A stretch of 64,000 bases of DNA from an uncultured Actinomycetota bacterium (GCA_963837975.1 CAWIPI010000004.1:247791-311790); one strand, 5' to 3'. Counted from the first letter of the stretch, positions 28,559 through 39,800 are shown. The notes: generated by a model not told the origin, from the sequence alone. Translations and numbers: made by a program.

Positions 28559-29612
28559 TGAGCGAGACCGCTACCCCCGCGGGCACGTCCCCGACACCGA
28601 CTTCGCCCGCGTCCCCGGCCGCGCCCGACGACGACCGGCTCGAGCTGCTGCGCCAGATGCTGCGGGTCCGGATGTTCGAGGAGCGCTGCGTGGAGCTCTA
28701 CAGCGCCACCAAGATCCGCGGCTTCCTGCACGTCGGCATCGGGGAGGAGGCAGTCGCGGCGGGGGTGGCCAGCGTGCTGGGGGAGGACGACGCGGTCGTG
28801 TCGACGTACCGCGAGCACGGCCACGCCCTGGTCAAGGGAGTCGCGATGGACGCGCTGATGGCCGAGATGTTCGGCAAGGTCACCGGCTGCAGCCGGGGCC
28901 GGGGCGGCTCGATGCACCTGTTCGACGTCTCGCACCGGTTCTACGGCGGCAACGCGATCGTCGCGGGCGGGCTGCCCGTGGCGGTGGGGCTCGCGCTGGC
29001 CGACAGGCTGCGCGAGCGCCCCGTGGTGACGGTCTGCTTCTTCGGCGAGGGGGCGATGGCCGAGGGCGAGTTCCACGAGTGCCTGAACCTGGCCGCGCTG
29101 TGGCACCTTCCGGTGCTGTTCTGCTGCGAGAACAACCTCTATGCGATGGGCACCGAGATCGCCCACGAGCAGGCCGAGACAGACCTCGCGCTGCGCGCCG
29201 CGTCGTACGGCATGGCGGCCTGGGCGGTCGACGGCATGGATGTGCTGGAGGTGCGGGACGCGGCGCGGCGGGCGACCGACCGGATCCGCGGTGGCGACGG
29301 ACCGTGCTTCCTCGAGCTGCGGACCTACCGCTTCCGTGCCCACTCGATGTACGACCCGGAGCGCTACCGCGAGAAGGACGAAGTGGCGCACTGGCGCGAG
29401 CGCGACCCCGTGGGGATGCTCGCGTCGATGCTCACCGCCGAGGGCCGGCTCACCCCCGAGGAGTACGACGCCACCGCTGCCGAGATCGCCACCGAGATCG
29501 ACGCCGCCGTCAGGGCCGCGGAGGAGGCGCCGCTCGAGCCGGTGGAGGACCTCACCCGGTTCGTCACCAGCGAGTCACGCGGCGAGTCGTCGGCGCCGTC
29601 GGGAGGCGCGTC

Positions 29613-29616
<4 letters not shown>
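28558..29616 (+). CDS. pdhA: 2-oxoacid (pyruvate) dehydrogenase E1 alpha
   Basis: KIRGFLH, YREHGH, GRGGSMH, GEGA...ENN TPP motif, TYRFRAHS. Confidence 0.92.
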
Positions 29617-30599
<983 letters not shown>

Positions 30600-30609
30600 G
30601 GCGGCCGGC

Positions 30610-32061
30610 ATGGGGGAGTTCCTGATGCCCTCGCTGGGCGCCGACATGGAGTCCGGCGTGCTGCTGGAGTGGCTGGTCGAGCCTGGGCGGGAGGTACGCC
30701 GCGGCGACCTGATGGCGGTCGTCGACACCGACAAGTCGGCCGTCGAGATCGAGACCTTCGCCGACGGCGTGGTCGGTGAGCTGCTCGCGGAGCCCGGTCA
30801 GCGGGTCGCGGTGGGGGAGCCGCTGGCCACCCTCGTCGAGGCCGGGGCGGCGCCGGCGCCTGCCGCGGCCGCGCCCGTCGCCGCACCTGCCGCCGCACCT
30901 GCTTCAGCCGCACCCGCGACGACGCCACCTGCCCCGTCGGCTCCCGTGCCCGTGGCTCCACTGACGCCGGCACCACCCGCTCCGCCTGCGCCGGCGACAC
31001 ACCCGACGCCCGTGGCCTCGCCGCCGGTCCGGCACCACGCGGCCGAGCTCGGTGTCGACCTCGCGGGCGTGACCGGCACCGGTCGCCACGGTGCCGTCAC
31101 CCGCGCCGACGTCGACCGGGTGGCTGCCGAGCGCGCGCGCCCGGCCCCGACGGTGCCGCCGGCCTTGCCGCCGCAGGCGGTGCCCCCGGCCGGCCGGGAC
31201 GGTCGGGTCTCGCCGTACGCCCGCCGGCTCGCGGCCGAGCGCGGCGTCGACCTGGCGCCGCTGGTCGCAGCCGCGGGCGAGCGACCCGTGCACGCGGCCG
31301 ACGTGCTCGCGGCCGGACCGGCCGTGCCTGCGGCGGCGACGGCCGCGCCCGCCGCGCCCGCAGCGCCCGCAGCCCCGGCGGCCCCGGCACCTGCCTCGCG
31401 TACCGGCTCGCGGGCCACCATCGCCGCCCTGATGAGCAAGGCCAAGCGGGAGATCCCGCACTACTACGTGGCCACGACCGTCGACATGGGGCCGGTGACG
31501 TCCTGGATGCGCGCCCACAACCGGGAGGTGCCCGTCGGGGAGCGGCTGGTGCCGGCGGCGGCGCTGCTCAAGGCCACCGCGCTCGCGCTGCGTGAGTTCC
31601 CCCAGCTCAACGGGTTCTGGCTCCACGACGACTTCGTGGCCGGTGACGACGTCCACCTCGGAGTGGCGGTCTCGGTGCGCGACGGCGCCCTGGTCGCTCC
31701 TGCGATGCACGCCGCCGCGGACCTGACGCTGGCGGCAGTGATGTCCGGGCTGCGCGACCTCGTCAAACGGGCCAGGCGGGGCCGCCTGACCCGTGCGGAG
31801 CTCGCCGACCCGACGTTCACCGTCACCGACCTCGGCGACCAGGGCGTCGAGGAGGTCATCGGCGTGATCTACCCGCCCCAGGTCGCGCTCCTGGGCGTCG
31901 GCCGACTGGTGGAGCGGCCGTGGGCGGTGGACGGCCGGCTCGGCGTGAACCCGGTCGTCCGGCTCACCCTGTCCGGAGACCACCGCGCCACCGATGGCTA
32001 CACCGGCGCCCGCTTCCTCGCGACCATCGACCGACTGCTGCAGCAACCGGAGGAGCTATGA
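30610..32061 (+). CDS. pdhC: Dihydrolipoamide acyltransferase E2
   Basis: Lipoyl domain DTDKS, two peripheral-subunit-binding-like segments (ASPPVR, VSPYARR), DHRATDG. Confidence 0.92.
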   Translation: MGEFLMPSLGADMESGVLLEWLVEPGREVRRGDLMAVVDTDKSAVEIETFADGVVGELLAEPGQRVAVGEPLATLVEAGAAPAPAAAAPVAAPAAAPASAAPATTPPAPSAPVPVAPLTPAPPAPPAPATHPTPVASPPVRHHAAELGVDLAGVTGTGRHGAVTRADVDRVAAERARPAPTVPPALPPQAVPPAGRDGRVSPYARRLAAERGVDLAPLVAAAGERPVHAADVLAAGPAVPAAATAAPAAPAAPAAPAAPAPASRTGSRATIAALMSKAKREIPHYYVATTVDMGPVTSWMRAHNREVPVGERLVPAAALLKATALALREFPQLNGFWLHDDFVAGDDVHLGVAVSVRDGALVAPAMHAAADLTLAAVMSGLRDLVKRARRGRLTRAELADPTFTVTDLGDQGVEEVIGVIYPPQVALLGVGRLVERPWAVDGRLGVNPVVRLTLSGDHRATDGYTGARFLATIDRLLQQPEEL

Positions 32062-32318
32062 GCATCCAGGCCGACCAAGCCCGCAGGATCGTGGCCGAGG
32101 CCGTGACCAGCATCGTGCCCGACGCGGACGTCGCCTCTCTCGCCGACGACGCCGACCTCCGGGACGCCTTCGAGCTCGACTCGCTGGACTTCCTCGACTT
32201 CGTCGAGAAGGTCGGGGAGGGCGCGAGCATCCGCATCGACGAGGACGACTACCCGGAGCTGGCCACGATGGCCGGCTGCGAGCGGTTCATCACCCGGCGT
32301 ACGGCAGCGTCTGCCTGA
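32058..32318 (+). CDS. Acyl carrier protein
   Basis: ELDSLDF phosphopantetheine site; ATGA overlap with E2. Confidence 0.85.
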   Translation: MSIQADQARRIVAEAVTSIVPDADVASLADDADLRDAFELDSLDFLDFVEKVGEGASIRIDEDDYPELATMAGCERFITRRTAASA

Positions 32319-32323
32319 CGCAC

Positions 32324-32794
32324 TCACGCAGGACGTACGACGACCCGCGTGCCGCTCGGCACCACGACGACGTCATCGACCAGCGAGGCCGCCCGGGCCA
32401 GCACGTCGGCGACGTCGCGGATCGAGACGAACCCGGCGATCACGCCCTCGTCGAGGACCGGCAGGTGCCGGATCTCCGCGTCGAGCATCCGCTGCGCCGC
32501 CTCCAGGACGGTGTCGTCGGGACCGGCCGTGACGAGGTCGGTCGTCATCATCTCCCCGGCGGTCAGGTGGTCGGGGTTGGCGCCCTGCGCGAGGTGCTCC
32601 ACCACGTCGCGCTCGGAGACGACGCCGGCGAGCACGCCGTGCTCGAGGACCGCGAGGGCCCCGATGTCGTCGGCCGAGAGCGACTCGGCCACCTCACGCA
32701 GGGTCGCCTCTGCGTGCACGGTTGCCACCGGCCACACCATGACCCGAGACACGGTGTCCGTGGGGTGGGCGCTGCGGGTGCGGGTGCCGGACAT
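32324..32794 (-). CDS. CBS-pair protein
   Basis: GVVSERD, MTTDLVT, IRHLPV, GFVSIRD. Confidence 0.88.
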   Translation of the reverse strand: MSGTRTRSAHPTDTVSRVMVWPVATVHAEATLREVAESLSADDIGALAVLEHGVLAGVVSERDVVEHLAQGANPDHLTAGEMMTTDLVTAGPDDTVLEAAQRMLDAEIRHLPVLDEGVIAGFVSIRDVADVLARAASLVDDVVVVPSGTRVVVRPA

Positions 32795-32859
32795 GGTGAA
32801 CTCCATTGCTCGAAGGGGTTTCGTGCCTCCAGCATCGACCCGCGCTCGCGCCCGACTCA

Positions 32860-32894
32860 GGGGCCTTGGTCCCGATTCCGCGGGCAGAAGGCAC
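32860..32894. promoter_or_regulatory. Tandem DosR/DevR-like boxes upstream of the CBS gene
   Basis: Minus strand GGGACCAAGGCCCC (32860-32873) and GTGCCTTCTGCCCG (32881-32894), 21 bp apart. Confidence 0.5.
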
Positions 32895-32902
32895 TCGCAC
32901 CC

Positions 32903-32924
32903 GGTGGTCGAGCCTGTCGAAACC
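32903..32924 (+). repeat. REP-like repeat
   Basis: GGTGGTCGAGCCTGTCGAAACC. Confidence 0.55.
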
Positions 32925-32925
32925 G

Positions 32926-33978
32926 CTACGAGCTCGGTGACCGCTCCAGCACGACCTTCAGCGCGCCGGTGTCGCCGGCGCGGGCGAACACGTCGTACGC
33001 CTCGAGCATGTCGTCGAGCCCGTAGCGGTGCGTGATCATCGGAGTGGGGTCGATCTGCCCGTCGGCCAGGAGCCGCAGCAGCGTCGGCGTGGTGCTGGTG
33101 TCGACGAGCCCGGTCGTGATGGTGACGTCCTTGATCCACAGCGACTCCAGGTGCAGCGTCGCGGACGCGCCGTGGACGCCGATGTTGGCGACGTGGCCGC
33201 CGGGGCGCACCAGTCGCGTGCACAGCTCGAACGTCTCCGGGACGCCGACGGCCTCCATGACCACGTCGGCGCCGAGGCCGTCGGTCATGCTGGAGACGAC
33301 CTCGGCGACCTCGTCGGGCACCGAGTCGAGCACCACGTGGGCGCCCATCCGCTTGGCGGCGTCGCGACGCGGTGCGGCGGGGTCGACGACCACGATGCGG
33401 GCGGGGGAGTACAGCGCCGCGGTCTGCACCGCCGCGAGCCCGATCGGTCCGGCGCCCACGATCACCACGGTGTCGCCGGGACGCACGCGGCCGTTCAGTA
33501 CGCCGACCTCGTAGCTCGTGGGGAGGATGTCGGCGAGCAGCACCGCCGCCTCGTTGGAGACGTCGGCCGGCAGCAGGTGGGTGGACAGGTCGGCGAACGG
33601 CACCCGGACGTACTCCGCCTGCACCCCGTCGATCGTGTGCCCCAGCGCCCAGCCGCCGCCGCGCTGGCACTGCCCGTAGCGCGCCTCGCGGCAGAAGCGG
33701 CAGGTGCCGCAGCCGGCGATGCACGAGACCAGCACGCGGTCCCCGGCGGAGACGCTGCGGACGGCGGAGCCGACGGCCTCGACCGTGCCGACCGCCTCGT
33801 GGCCGAGGACGGTGCCGGGCTTCACCTCGGGTACGTCGCCCTTGAGGATGTGCAGGTCCGTGCCGCAGATCGTGACCGCGTCGACGCCGACGACGACGTC
33901 GGTGTCGTCGCGCAGCTCGGGGTCCGGGATCTCCTCCCAGGTCTTCTGGCCGGGTCCGTGGTAGACGAGTGCGTGCAT
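32926..33978 (-). CDS. Zinc-dependent alcohol dehydrogenase
   Basis: ICGTDLH, GHEAVG, CGTCRFC...QC, GAGPIG. Confidence 0.93.
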   Translation of the reverse strand: MHALVYHGPGQKTWEEIPDPELRDDTDVVVGVDAVTICGTDLHILKGDVPEVKPGTVLGHEAVGTVEAVGSAVRSVSAGDRVLVSCIAGCGTCRFCREARYGQCQRGGGWALGHTIDGVQAEYVRVPFADLSTHLLPADVSNEAAVLLADILPTSYEVGVLNGRVRPGDTVVIVGAGPIGLAAVQTAALYSPARIVVVDPAAPRRDAAKRMGAHVVLDSVPDEVAEVVSSMTDGLGADVVMEAVGVPETFELCTRLVRPGGHVANIGVHGASATLHLESLWIKDVTITTGLVDTSTTPTLLRLLADGQIDPTPMITHRYGLDDMLEAYDVFARAGDTGALKVVLERSPSS

Positions 33979-34043
33979 GATCCCTCCGAGGTCGTGTGGT
34001 GTCCCTGCGTCCCAGCGTGCGCCGCGGAGCGGTCACGGGGCAG

Positions 34044-34107
34044 GGGCCGAACGTCCCGACCTCGACCGTCGTAGGCCCGCAACCGCGGCGTACGGGACCT
34101 CCGTCCC
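34044..34107. promoter_or_regulatory. DosR/DevR-like boxes in the adh / WS-DGAT divergent intergenic region
   Basis: GGGCCGAACGTCCC (34044) and GGGACCTCCGTCCC (34094). Confidence 0.55.
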
Positions 34108-34161
34108 TGTCGATCGCCGGAGAACCGCGCTTGACTGGGGATCCCTTCCCTCGGAGGCGCC

Positions 34162-35556
34162 ATGAGCCAGGCACTGCGGCCACCGACGCCCTCTGCACAG
34201 GCGACGAGCCCACCGAGGACGAGCCCACCGAGGATCGAGCGGGCCAGTCCGGCCGACCGGGCCTTCCTGGCCATGGACCGGGGCGAGGTGCCCGAGCAGT
34301 TCGGCGTGCTGCTGCAGCTCGAGGGGAGCCCGGACCTGGCGCAGGTACGGCGACTGGTGGCCGAGCGCATCGCGGCGGTGCCTCGACTGCGTCAGCGGTT
34401 GGTGGGCGCGGGATGGACTCGTGGGGGACCGATCTGGGTCGACCACCCCGACTTCGACGTCGACCGCCACGTACGCGCGAAGGCTTGTCCGCCGCCGGCG
34501 AGTGCCCAGGAGGTCCTGGACGCCGCCTTGGAGGTCGTCGGCACGCGGTTGCCGCGCTCGGAGCCGCTGTGGGCGGTGGTGCTGGTCACCGGCGCCGCCG
34601 ATGGCACGGCCGCGCTGCTCGTGGTGATGAACCACGTCCTCGCCGACGGCGTGGGCGGCCTGGCCGTGCTCGCCGAGCTCGTCGACGAGGGCGTCCGCAC
34701 CGCGACGACGCCGTTCCCCCGGCCGCGCCCCGGTGCGTGGCCGCTGTTCCTCGATGCCCAGCGTGCTCGGCTGCGGGCACTGCGCGACGCGCCTCGGACG
34801 GCCCGGGTGCTGCGAAAGTCGTTCGCGGCGGCCGGAGGCGTGCGGGCCGTGGCGATCACCCCGTGCTCGCTGGTCGGGCCGACCGGCCCGGCGCGCGCGG
34901 CGGTCGCGGTCTCCTGCGACGTGGGACCGCTCCGCGCCGCGGCGCACCGAGCCGGCGCCACCACCAACGACGCGGTGCTGGTCTCCGTGGCCGGGGCACT
35001 GGGGCAGGTGCTCACGGCGCGCGGCGAGCACGTGGACTCACTGGTGTTCACCGTGCCCGTCTCGGGCCGGCCTGCCGCGGACTCCGCCGGGCTGGGCAAC
35101 GCCGTGAGCCCGATGATCGTCGCGGTTCCCTGCGCCGGCTCGGTGTCCGACCGGCTCCAGCACGCGGCCGGGCAGGTCCGGGCGCGCCGGTCCGAGGCCG
35201 CCGGGCCGCCGCCGATCGCCGTGCTCGGCTCGCTGTTCCGGCTGCTCGCGCGCCTCGGCGGCTTCCGCTGGTACATGAACCACCAGCGCCGGATGCACAC
35301 CCTGGTCAGCCACGTCCGCGGCCCCGACCAGCCGCTCACCTTCGCCGGACACCGCATCGTCAGGGCGATCCCGGTCGCGGTCTCCGCGGGCGGGAACGTC
35401 CGGGTCTACTTCGAGGTGCTGACCTACGCCGGACGCCTCACCATCACCGCCGTCGCCGACCCGGCTCACTTCCCCGACCTCGACCTCCTCGCCAGGGCGC
35501 TGCGTGCCGAGCTGGAGACGCCAGGTGCGTCGGTGGTTGAGCCTGTCGGTGGTTGA
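34162..35556 (+). CDS. Wax ester/triacylglycerol synthase family O-acyltransferase
   Basis: DRAFL, PRLRQRL, WVDHPDFDVDRH, NHVLADG, GATTNDAVL, LGN, SHVRGP. Confidence 0.85.
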   Translation: MSQALRPPTPSAQATSPPRTSPPRIERASPADRAFLAMDRGEVPEQFGVLLQLEGSPDLAQVRRLVAERIAAVPRLRQRLVGAGWTRGGPIWVDHPDFDVDRHVRAKACPPPASAQEVLDAALEVVGTRLPRSEPLWAVVLVTGAADGTAALLVVMNHVLADGVGGLAVLAELVDEGVRTATTPFPRPRPGAWPLFLDAQRARLRALRDAPRTARVLRKSFAAAGGVRAVAITPCSLVGPTGPARAAVAVSCDVGPLRAAAHRAGATTNDAVLVSVAGALGQVLTARGEHVDSLVFTVPVSGRPAADSAGLGNAVSPMIVAVPCAGSVSDRLQHAAGQVRARRSEAAGPPPIAVLGSLFRLLARLGGFRWYMNHQRRMHTLVSHVRGPDQPLTFAGHRIVRAIPVAVSAGGNVRVYFEVLTYAGRLTITAVADPAHFPDLDLLARALRAELETPGASVVEPVGG

Positions 35557-35697
35557 GACTCTCGGCGGGTGCTCGGCGTGGTGGCGGCGATCTCCGTCAC
35601 CAGGTGACTGCGATTCGCCGCGGTGTCGTCACGACGCTCGTTCTTCGGGCCGGCGATGCGGGGTGGTCTCGCGACGCTCGCTCCTCAACCACCGAGG
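35530..35697. repeat. Cluster of REP-like repeats between convergent genes
   Basis: TCGGTGGTTGAG at 35530 and 35546; reverse complement CTCAACCACCGA at 35684. Confidence 0.55.
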
Positions 35698-35710
35698 GCA
35701 CCGAAACCGC

Positions 35711-36067
35711 TTACGAGGCGTGGACCGGGGACCAGAAGATGGCGACCGCGACGTTGAGCACGGAGAGACCGAGGATCGTGAAGTAGATCGCGTCGCTGAT
35801 CCGCTCCTTGCGGAGGTTCGCCATCACCAGGGCCAGCACGACGAGGCCGATGAGGAGCTTGACGCCGACCTTGGCGTGGTCGACGGGGGCGTCGCCCGCC
35901 TCGAGGATGCCGACCAGGGCGAGCCCGGCGACGAACGCGGTGCCGGCGCCGTCGCGCATCGCCGAGTTCACCCGGCGCGGCCCGGAGAGCTGCACCAGCA
36001 GTCCGCCGATCAGGGCGGCGAAACCGAGGACGTGGACGAACAACGCAATCTGCCTGACGAGATCCAT
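35711..36067 (-). CDS. Integral membrane protein (4 TM)
   Basis: HVLGFAALIGG, DHAKVGVKL, NVAVAIFW. Confidence 0.75.
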   Translation of the reverse strand: MDLVRQIALFVHVLGFAALIGGLLVQLSGPRRVNSAMRDGAGTAFVAGLALVGILEAGDAPVDHAKVGVKLLIGLVVLALVMANLRKERISDAIYFTILGLSVLNVAVAIFWSPVHAS

Positions 36068-36137
36068 GAGCAGAACCTAGCCAGCGCGTCCGCGCCGTCC
36101 GGGCTGGGGACCTCCCGCGTGTGACGCGGGTGACACC

Positions 36138-37259
36138 ATGACCGCCATGTCGCAGCCCGAGGTCGTCGTCGTGGGCGGCGGGCAGGCGGCGCTGGCGACC
36201 GGTTACCACCTGCGTCGAGCCGGCTTCGAGCCCGGCCGCGACGCGGTCCTCGTGGACGCGGCGGACCGTCCGGGAGGTTCCTGGCCGCGCATGTGGGCAG
36301 GCCTGCGCCTGTTCTCGCCGTCGTCGGTCTCGTCGCTGCCGGGCTGGATGATGCCGGCCTGGGACGACGCGGCCCACGGGTTCCCGCCGAAGCAGCACGT
36401 GGTCGAGTACCTCAGCGCCTACGAGGACCGCTACGACCTGCAGGTCCGGCGACCACACCGGGTCACCGAGGTGACGCGCGCCGACGACGACCCGGCCGGG
36501 CGGCTCGTCGTCCGTGCCCCCGGACTGGAGCTCCGCCCCCGCGTGGTGGTCTCCGCGACGGGCACGTGGGACCGGCCGTTCTGGCCGAGCTACCCCGGGA
36601 TGGGGGAGTACGCCGGCCGGCAGCTGCACGCCGCGGACTACGCCGACCCGTCGGAGTTCGCCGGGCAGCGGGTCGTCGTGGTCGGCGGCGGAAACTCGGC
36701 GGTCCAGGTGCTCGCCGAGGTCTCGACCGTGGCCGAGACCGTCTGGGTCACTCCCAGGCCGCCGCGGTTCCTGCCCGACGACGTCGACGGGCGAGCGCTG
36801 TTCGCGGCGGCGACGGAGCGGGTCCGCGCCCAGCAGGAGGGCCGCGACCACCCGGGTGTCGGGGGCCTGGGGGACATCGTGATGGTGTCCTCCGTGCGGG
36901 AGGCCCGGGCGCGTGGGGTGCTGCGGGCGCGCCCGGTCTTCGAGCGGCTGACGCGCACCGGCGTCGCCTGGCCCGGTGGCGAGCGGCTGGACGCCGACGC
37001 CGTCATCTGGTGCACCGGCTTCCGTCCCGCCCTGCGCCACCTCGCTCCGCTGCACCTGTCGCGGGTCGACCCCGACCGGACAACCCGCGGCCCGGTGCCC
37101 GTGGGCGGCAGCTCCGGCACCCGTGCGCTGGCCGACCCGCGGGTCCACCTCGTCGGCTACGGCGACTGGGTGGGCGCGGCCTCGGCGACCCTGATCGGGG
37201 TCGGTCGCAGCGCCGCCGCCACCGTCGCCGAGGTCAGCGAACGGCTGCGTTCGTCCTGA
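36138..37259 (+). CDS. Flavin-containing monooxygenase (ArsO-like)
   Basis: GGGQA, GGSW...LRLFSP, SATG, QLHAADY, GGGNSA, WCTGF, GYGDW...SATLIGVG. Confidence 0.85.
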   Translation: MTAMSQPEVVVVGGGQAALATGYHLRRAGFEPGRDAVLVDAADRPGGSWPRMWAGLRLFSPSSVSSLPGWMMPAWDDAAHGFPPKQHVVEYLSAYEDRYDLQVRRPHRVTEVTRADDDPAGRLVVRAPGLELRPRVVVSATGTWDRPFWPSYPGMGEYAGRQLHAADYADPSEFAGQRVVVVGGGNSAVQVLAEVSTVAETVWVTPRPPRFLPDDVDGRALFAAATERVRAQQEGRDHPGVGGLGDIVMVSSVREARARGVLRARPVFERLTRTGVAWPGGERLDADAVIWCTGFRPALRHLAPLHLSRVDPDRTTRGPVPVGGSSGTRALADPRVHLVGYGDWVGAASATLIGVGRSAAATVAEVSERLRSS

Positions 37260-37313
37260 CCCCGAGCGGGGTGGCGGCGTACGGCCGGCGGCTCCTCGGC
37301 GGGGCCGCTCGGC

Positions 37314-37481
37314 TCAGCGGCCGAGCATGCGGCTCAACCAGCCGCCGCCCTGGCCGGGCTCCTTGGGGTGCCCGTCGCACCAGTTGCCGGCGGGTACGAC
37401 GGACTTGACCTGGGCGACGTGCTGGCCGCAGCCGGCCCACGTGGTCTTGCCGCAGGTCTTGCACTTGACGGGACGACACAT
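37314..37481 (-). CDS. Cysteine-rich microprotein (55 aa)
   Basis: MCRPVKCKTCGKTTWAGCGQH...WCDGH; RBS AAGGAG; follows the MMPL gene. Confidence 0.75.
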   Translation of the reverse strand: MCRPVKCKTCGKTTWAGCGQHVAQVKSVVPAGNWCDGHPKEPGQGGGWLSRMLGR

Positions 37482-37525
37482 GGCGATCTCCTTCAGGGGT
37501 TGGGGAGGGGAATCGATCAGGACGG

Positions 37526-39697
37526 TCAGTCGTGGGAGAAGCGGATCTTGGGCAGCACCCGCGTCAGCCACGCGGGACTCCACCATGCCGCCCGGCCGGT
37601 GAGCCGGAGCAGCACCGGCAGGAGCACCAGTCGGACCAGGAACGCGTCGAGCAGCACGGCCACGCCGAGCACGATGCCCATCTCCTTGGGTGGCAGCGGC
37701 CCGGACAGGGCGAAGGTGAAGAACACCGCCACCATCACCGCGCCGGCGGCGAAGATCACCCGGCCCGAGTGCGCCAGCGATCCCACCATCGCGTCCTTCG
37801 GGTCACCGGAGTGCTCGAAGTGCTCCTTGGCAGAGGCGAGCAGGAACACCGTGTAGTCCATGGCGATCGCGAAGATCATCGCGAAGAAGAACACCGGTGC
37901 CCACGCGTCGAGGAAGCCCTGCGGCTCGAACCCCAGCAGGCCGGCGCCCCAGCCCTCCTGGAAGACCAGCCTGGCCACGCCGAACGCGGCCGCCGTGGAG
38001 AGCAGGCTCGCCAGCGTGCCGAGCAGGGCGAGGAGGGGAGCCTGCAGGGCCAGGAGCAGCAGCAGGAAGCCCAGCGCGAGGATGACCCCGATCACCAGCG
38101 GCGTCGAGCTGTCCAGCTGGGACTTCAGGTCGAGGTTCTCCACCGCCGCGCCGCCGACCTGTGCGGAGTCCGGGAGGTCGGCACGCAGCCGGTCCACCGT
38201 CTGCTCGAGCGCGGGGTCGGACGGGTCGACCTGGGGGACGGCCTGGATGAGGGCCAGCCCGCTGTCGTCGGTCGCGGGAGCGGGCGGCATGGCGCCGGCG
38301 ATGCCCTCGTCGGCGGCCAGGACACGCCGGGCGTCGGCGGCGTCCGCCTCGTCGACCACGACCTGGAGCGTGCCGGGTGCGCCCTCACCGAAGGCGTCCT
38401 GCACGAGCCCGTAGCCGATGCGTGCGGAGGCGTCGTCGGGCAGCACCTTGATCGAGGGCATCGCGGTCTTCAGCCCGAGGATCGGCGCGGCCAGCGCGAT
38501 CAGCACGATCAGCGAGCCGAGGCCGAAGGCGACCGGACGCCGCCACAGGCGCTCGCCCCATGCGGCGAACTTCGGTGAGCGGTGCTCCCCGGAGTGCACC
38601 CAGGGCAGGGACAGCTTGTTGATGCGCAGGTCCAGCTTGGCCAGCACCAGGGGCAGCAGGGTCAGCGTCGCGCCCAGCACGAAGACGACGGCGAGCATGA
38701 TCCCGCCGGCCATCGACCGGAACGACGGCGAGGGGACGAGCATCACGGCCGACAGCGAGATGAGCACCGTCGCACCTGAGAGCAGGACGGCCTTGCCGGC
38801 GGTGTCCATCGTCTCGGCGACCGCTTGGCGTGGGGACAGGCCGCTGCCGAGCCGGGCCGCGCGGTAGCGCACCACGAGGAAGAGCGCGTAGTCGATGCCC
38901 AGGGCGAGGGCGAACATCATCGCGAAGTTCATCGCCCAGATCGACACCGGCACGAGCTGGTTGATCAGGACCAGGCTTCCGGCCGAGGCCACCAGCCCGG
39001 CCAGGGTCAGGATGAGCGGCAACCCGGCCGCGACCAGGGCACCGAAGGCGAGCACGAGGATGGCCAGCGTCACGGGCCACGAGAGCATCTCCGAGGCGAG
39101 CATCGCGTCGAGGTTGGCCTCGTTGAAGTCCGACCACAGCAGTGACGCGCCGGTGGGGTTGACCTCGACGCCGCTGGTCGAGAGGTCCTTCAGCGGGCCC
39201 TTGAGGTCGTCGGCGGCCCGCACCATGTCGTTCGTGTCGGCGCCCGCTCCTGCGAGCAGCACTGCCGTGGAGCCGTCCTCGCTGAGCGTGGCGCCCGGCT
39301 GGGGTGCGACGACCTGGTCGATCCGTCCGTCGGCCTTCAGCATCGACGTGGCCTCGGCGAGCACCTTCTTGCCCGCACCGGAGGTGACGGCACCGTCCTC
39401 GGCGTGCACGACGACCTGGATCGCCGAGCTGGCGTTGCCGCCGAAGTGCTCCTGGGCGAGCTCGCGCGCGGCCACGGACTCCGAGCCGTCGGCCTGCCAG
39501 CCCGCGCCGGAGAGCTCCGCCTCGACGCGGGGCGCGAAGGCGCCGAGTCCGATGATGAGCAGGAGCCACACGGCGGTGGTGATCCTGGCGTGGTCGGTGA
39601 CCCAGACCCCGAGACGGCCCAGCGGGCCGGGACGGTGACCGAGCTCGTCGTCGGGTGGGGTGCGGAGGGCGTGGCGGCCGGGTGCCGTCATCGTCAT
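37526..39697 (-). CDS. MMPL family (RND) transporter
   Basis: ALGIDYALF, GKAVLLSG, AIAMDYTVFL, GRVIFAAGAVM, LDAFLVR; RBS GAAAGG. Confidence 0.92.
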   Translation of the reverse strand: MTMTAPGRHALRTPPDDELGHRPGPLGRLGVWVTDHARITTAVWLLLIIGLGAFAPRVEAELSGAGWQADGSESVAARELAQEHFGGNASSAIQVVVHAEDGAVTSGAGKKVLAEATSMLKADGRIDQVVAPQPGATLSEDGSTAVLLAGAGADTNDMVRAADDLKGPLKDLSTSGVEVNPTGASLLWSDFNEANLDAMLASEMLSWPVTLAILVLAFGALVAAGLPLILTLAGLVASAGSLVLINQLVPVSIWAMNFAMMFALALGIDYALFLVVRYRAARLGSGLSPRQAVAETMDTAGKAVLLSGATVLISLSAVMLVPSPSFRSMAGGIMLAVVFVLGATLTLLPLVLAKLDLRINKLSLPWVHSGEHRSPKFAAWGERLWRRPVAFGLGSLIVLIALAAPILGLKTAMPSIKVLPDDASARIGYGLVQDAFGEGAPGTLQVVVDEADAADARRVLAADEGIAGAMPPAPATDDSGLALIQAVPQVDPSDPALEQTVDRLRADLPDSAQVGGAAVENLDLKSQLDSSTPLVIGVILALGFLLLLLALQAPLLALLGTLASLLSTAAAFGVARLVFQEGWGAGLLGFEPQGFLDAWAPVFFFAMIFAIAMDYTVFLLASAKEHFEHSGDPKDAMVGSLAHSGRVIFAAGAVMVAVFFTFALSGPLPPKEMGIVLGVAVLLDAFLVRLVLLPVLLRLTGRAAWWSPAWLTRVLPKIRFSHD

Positions 39698-39753
39698 GTC
39701 TGGAAGGACCTTTCGTCGGTGCTGGTGCCTCTGGCGCGAAATCAGGCCGTGGA

Positions 39754-39800
39754 ATACCCTAGGGGGTATGTAGGTTGGAAGCAAAACACCCCTGGGGCAT
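39754..39800. promoter_or_regulatory. CsoR/CstR-family operator(s) in divergent promoter
   Basis: ATACCC-TAGG-GGGTAT at 39754-39769 and degenerate ACACCCCTGGGGCAT at 39786. Confidence 0.7.

Noticed and set aside
30840-31400. Pro/Ala-rich repetitive DNA
   Set aside because: Ordinary flexible linkers of the E2 subunit
36138-37259. Arsenic-resistance operon
   Set aside because: Only an ArsO-like monooxygenase; no arsC, acr3 or arsenic-type arsR adjacent
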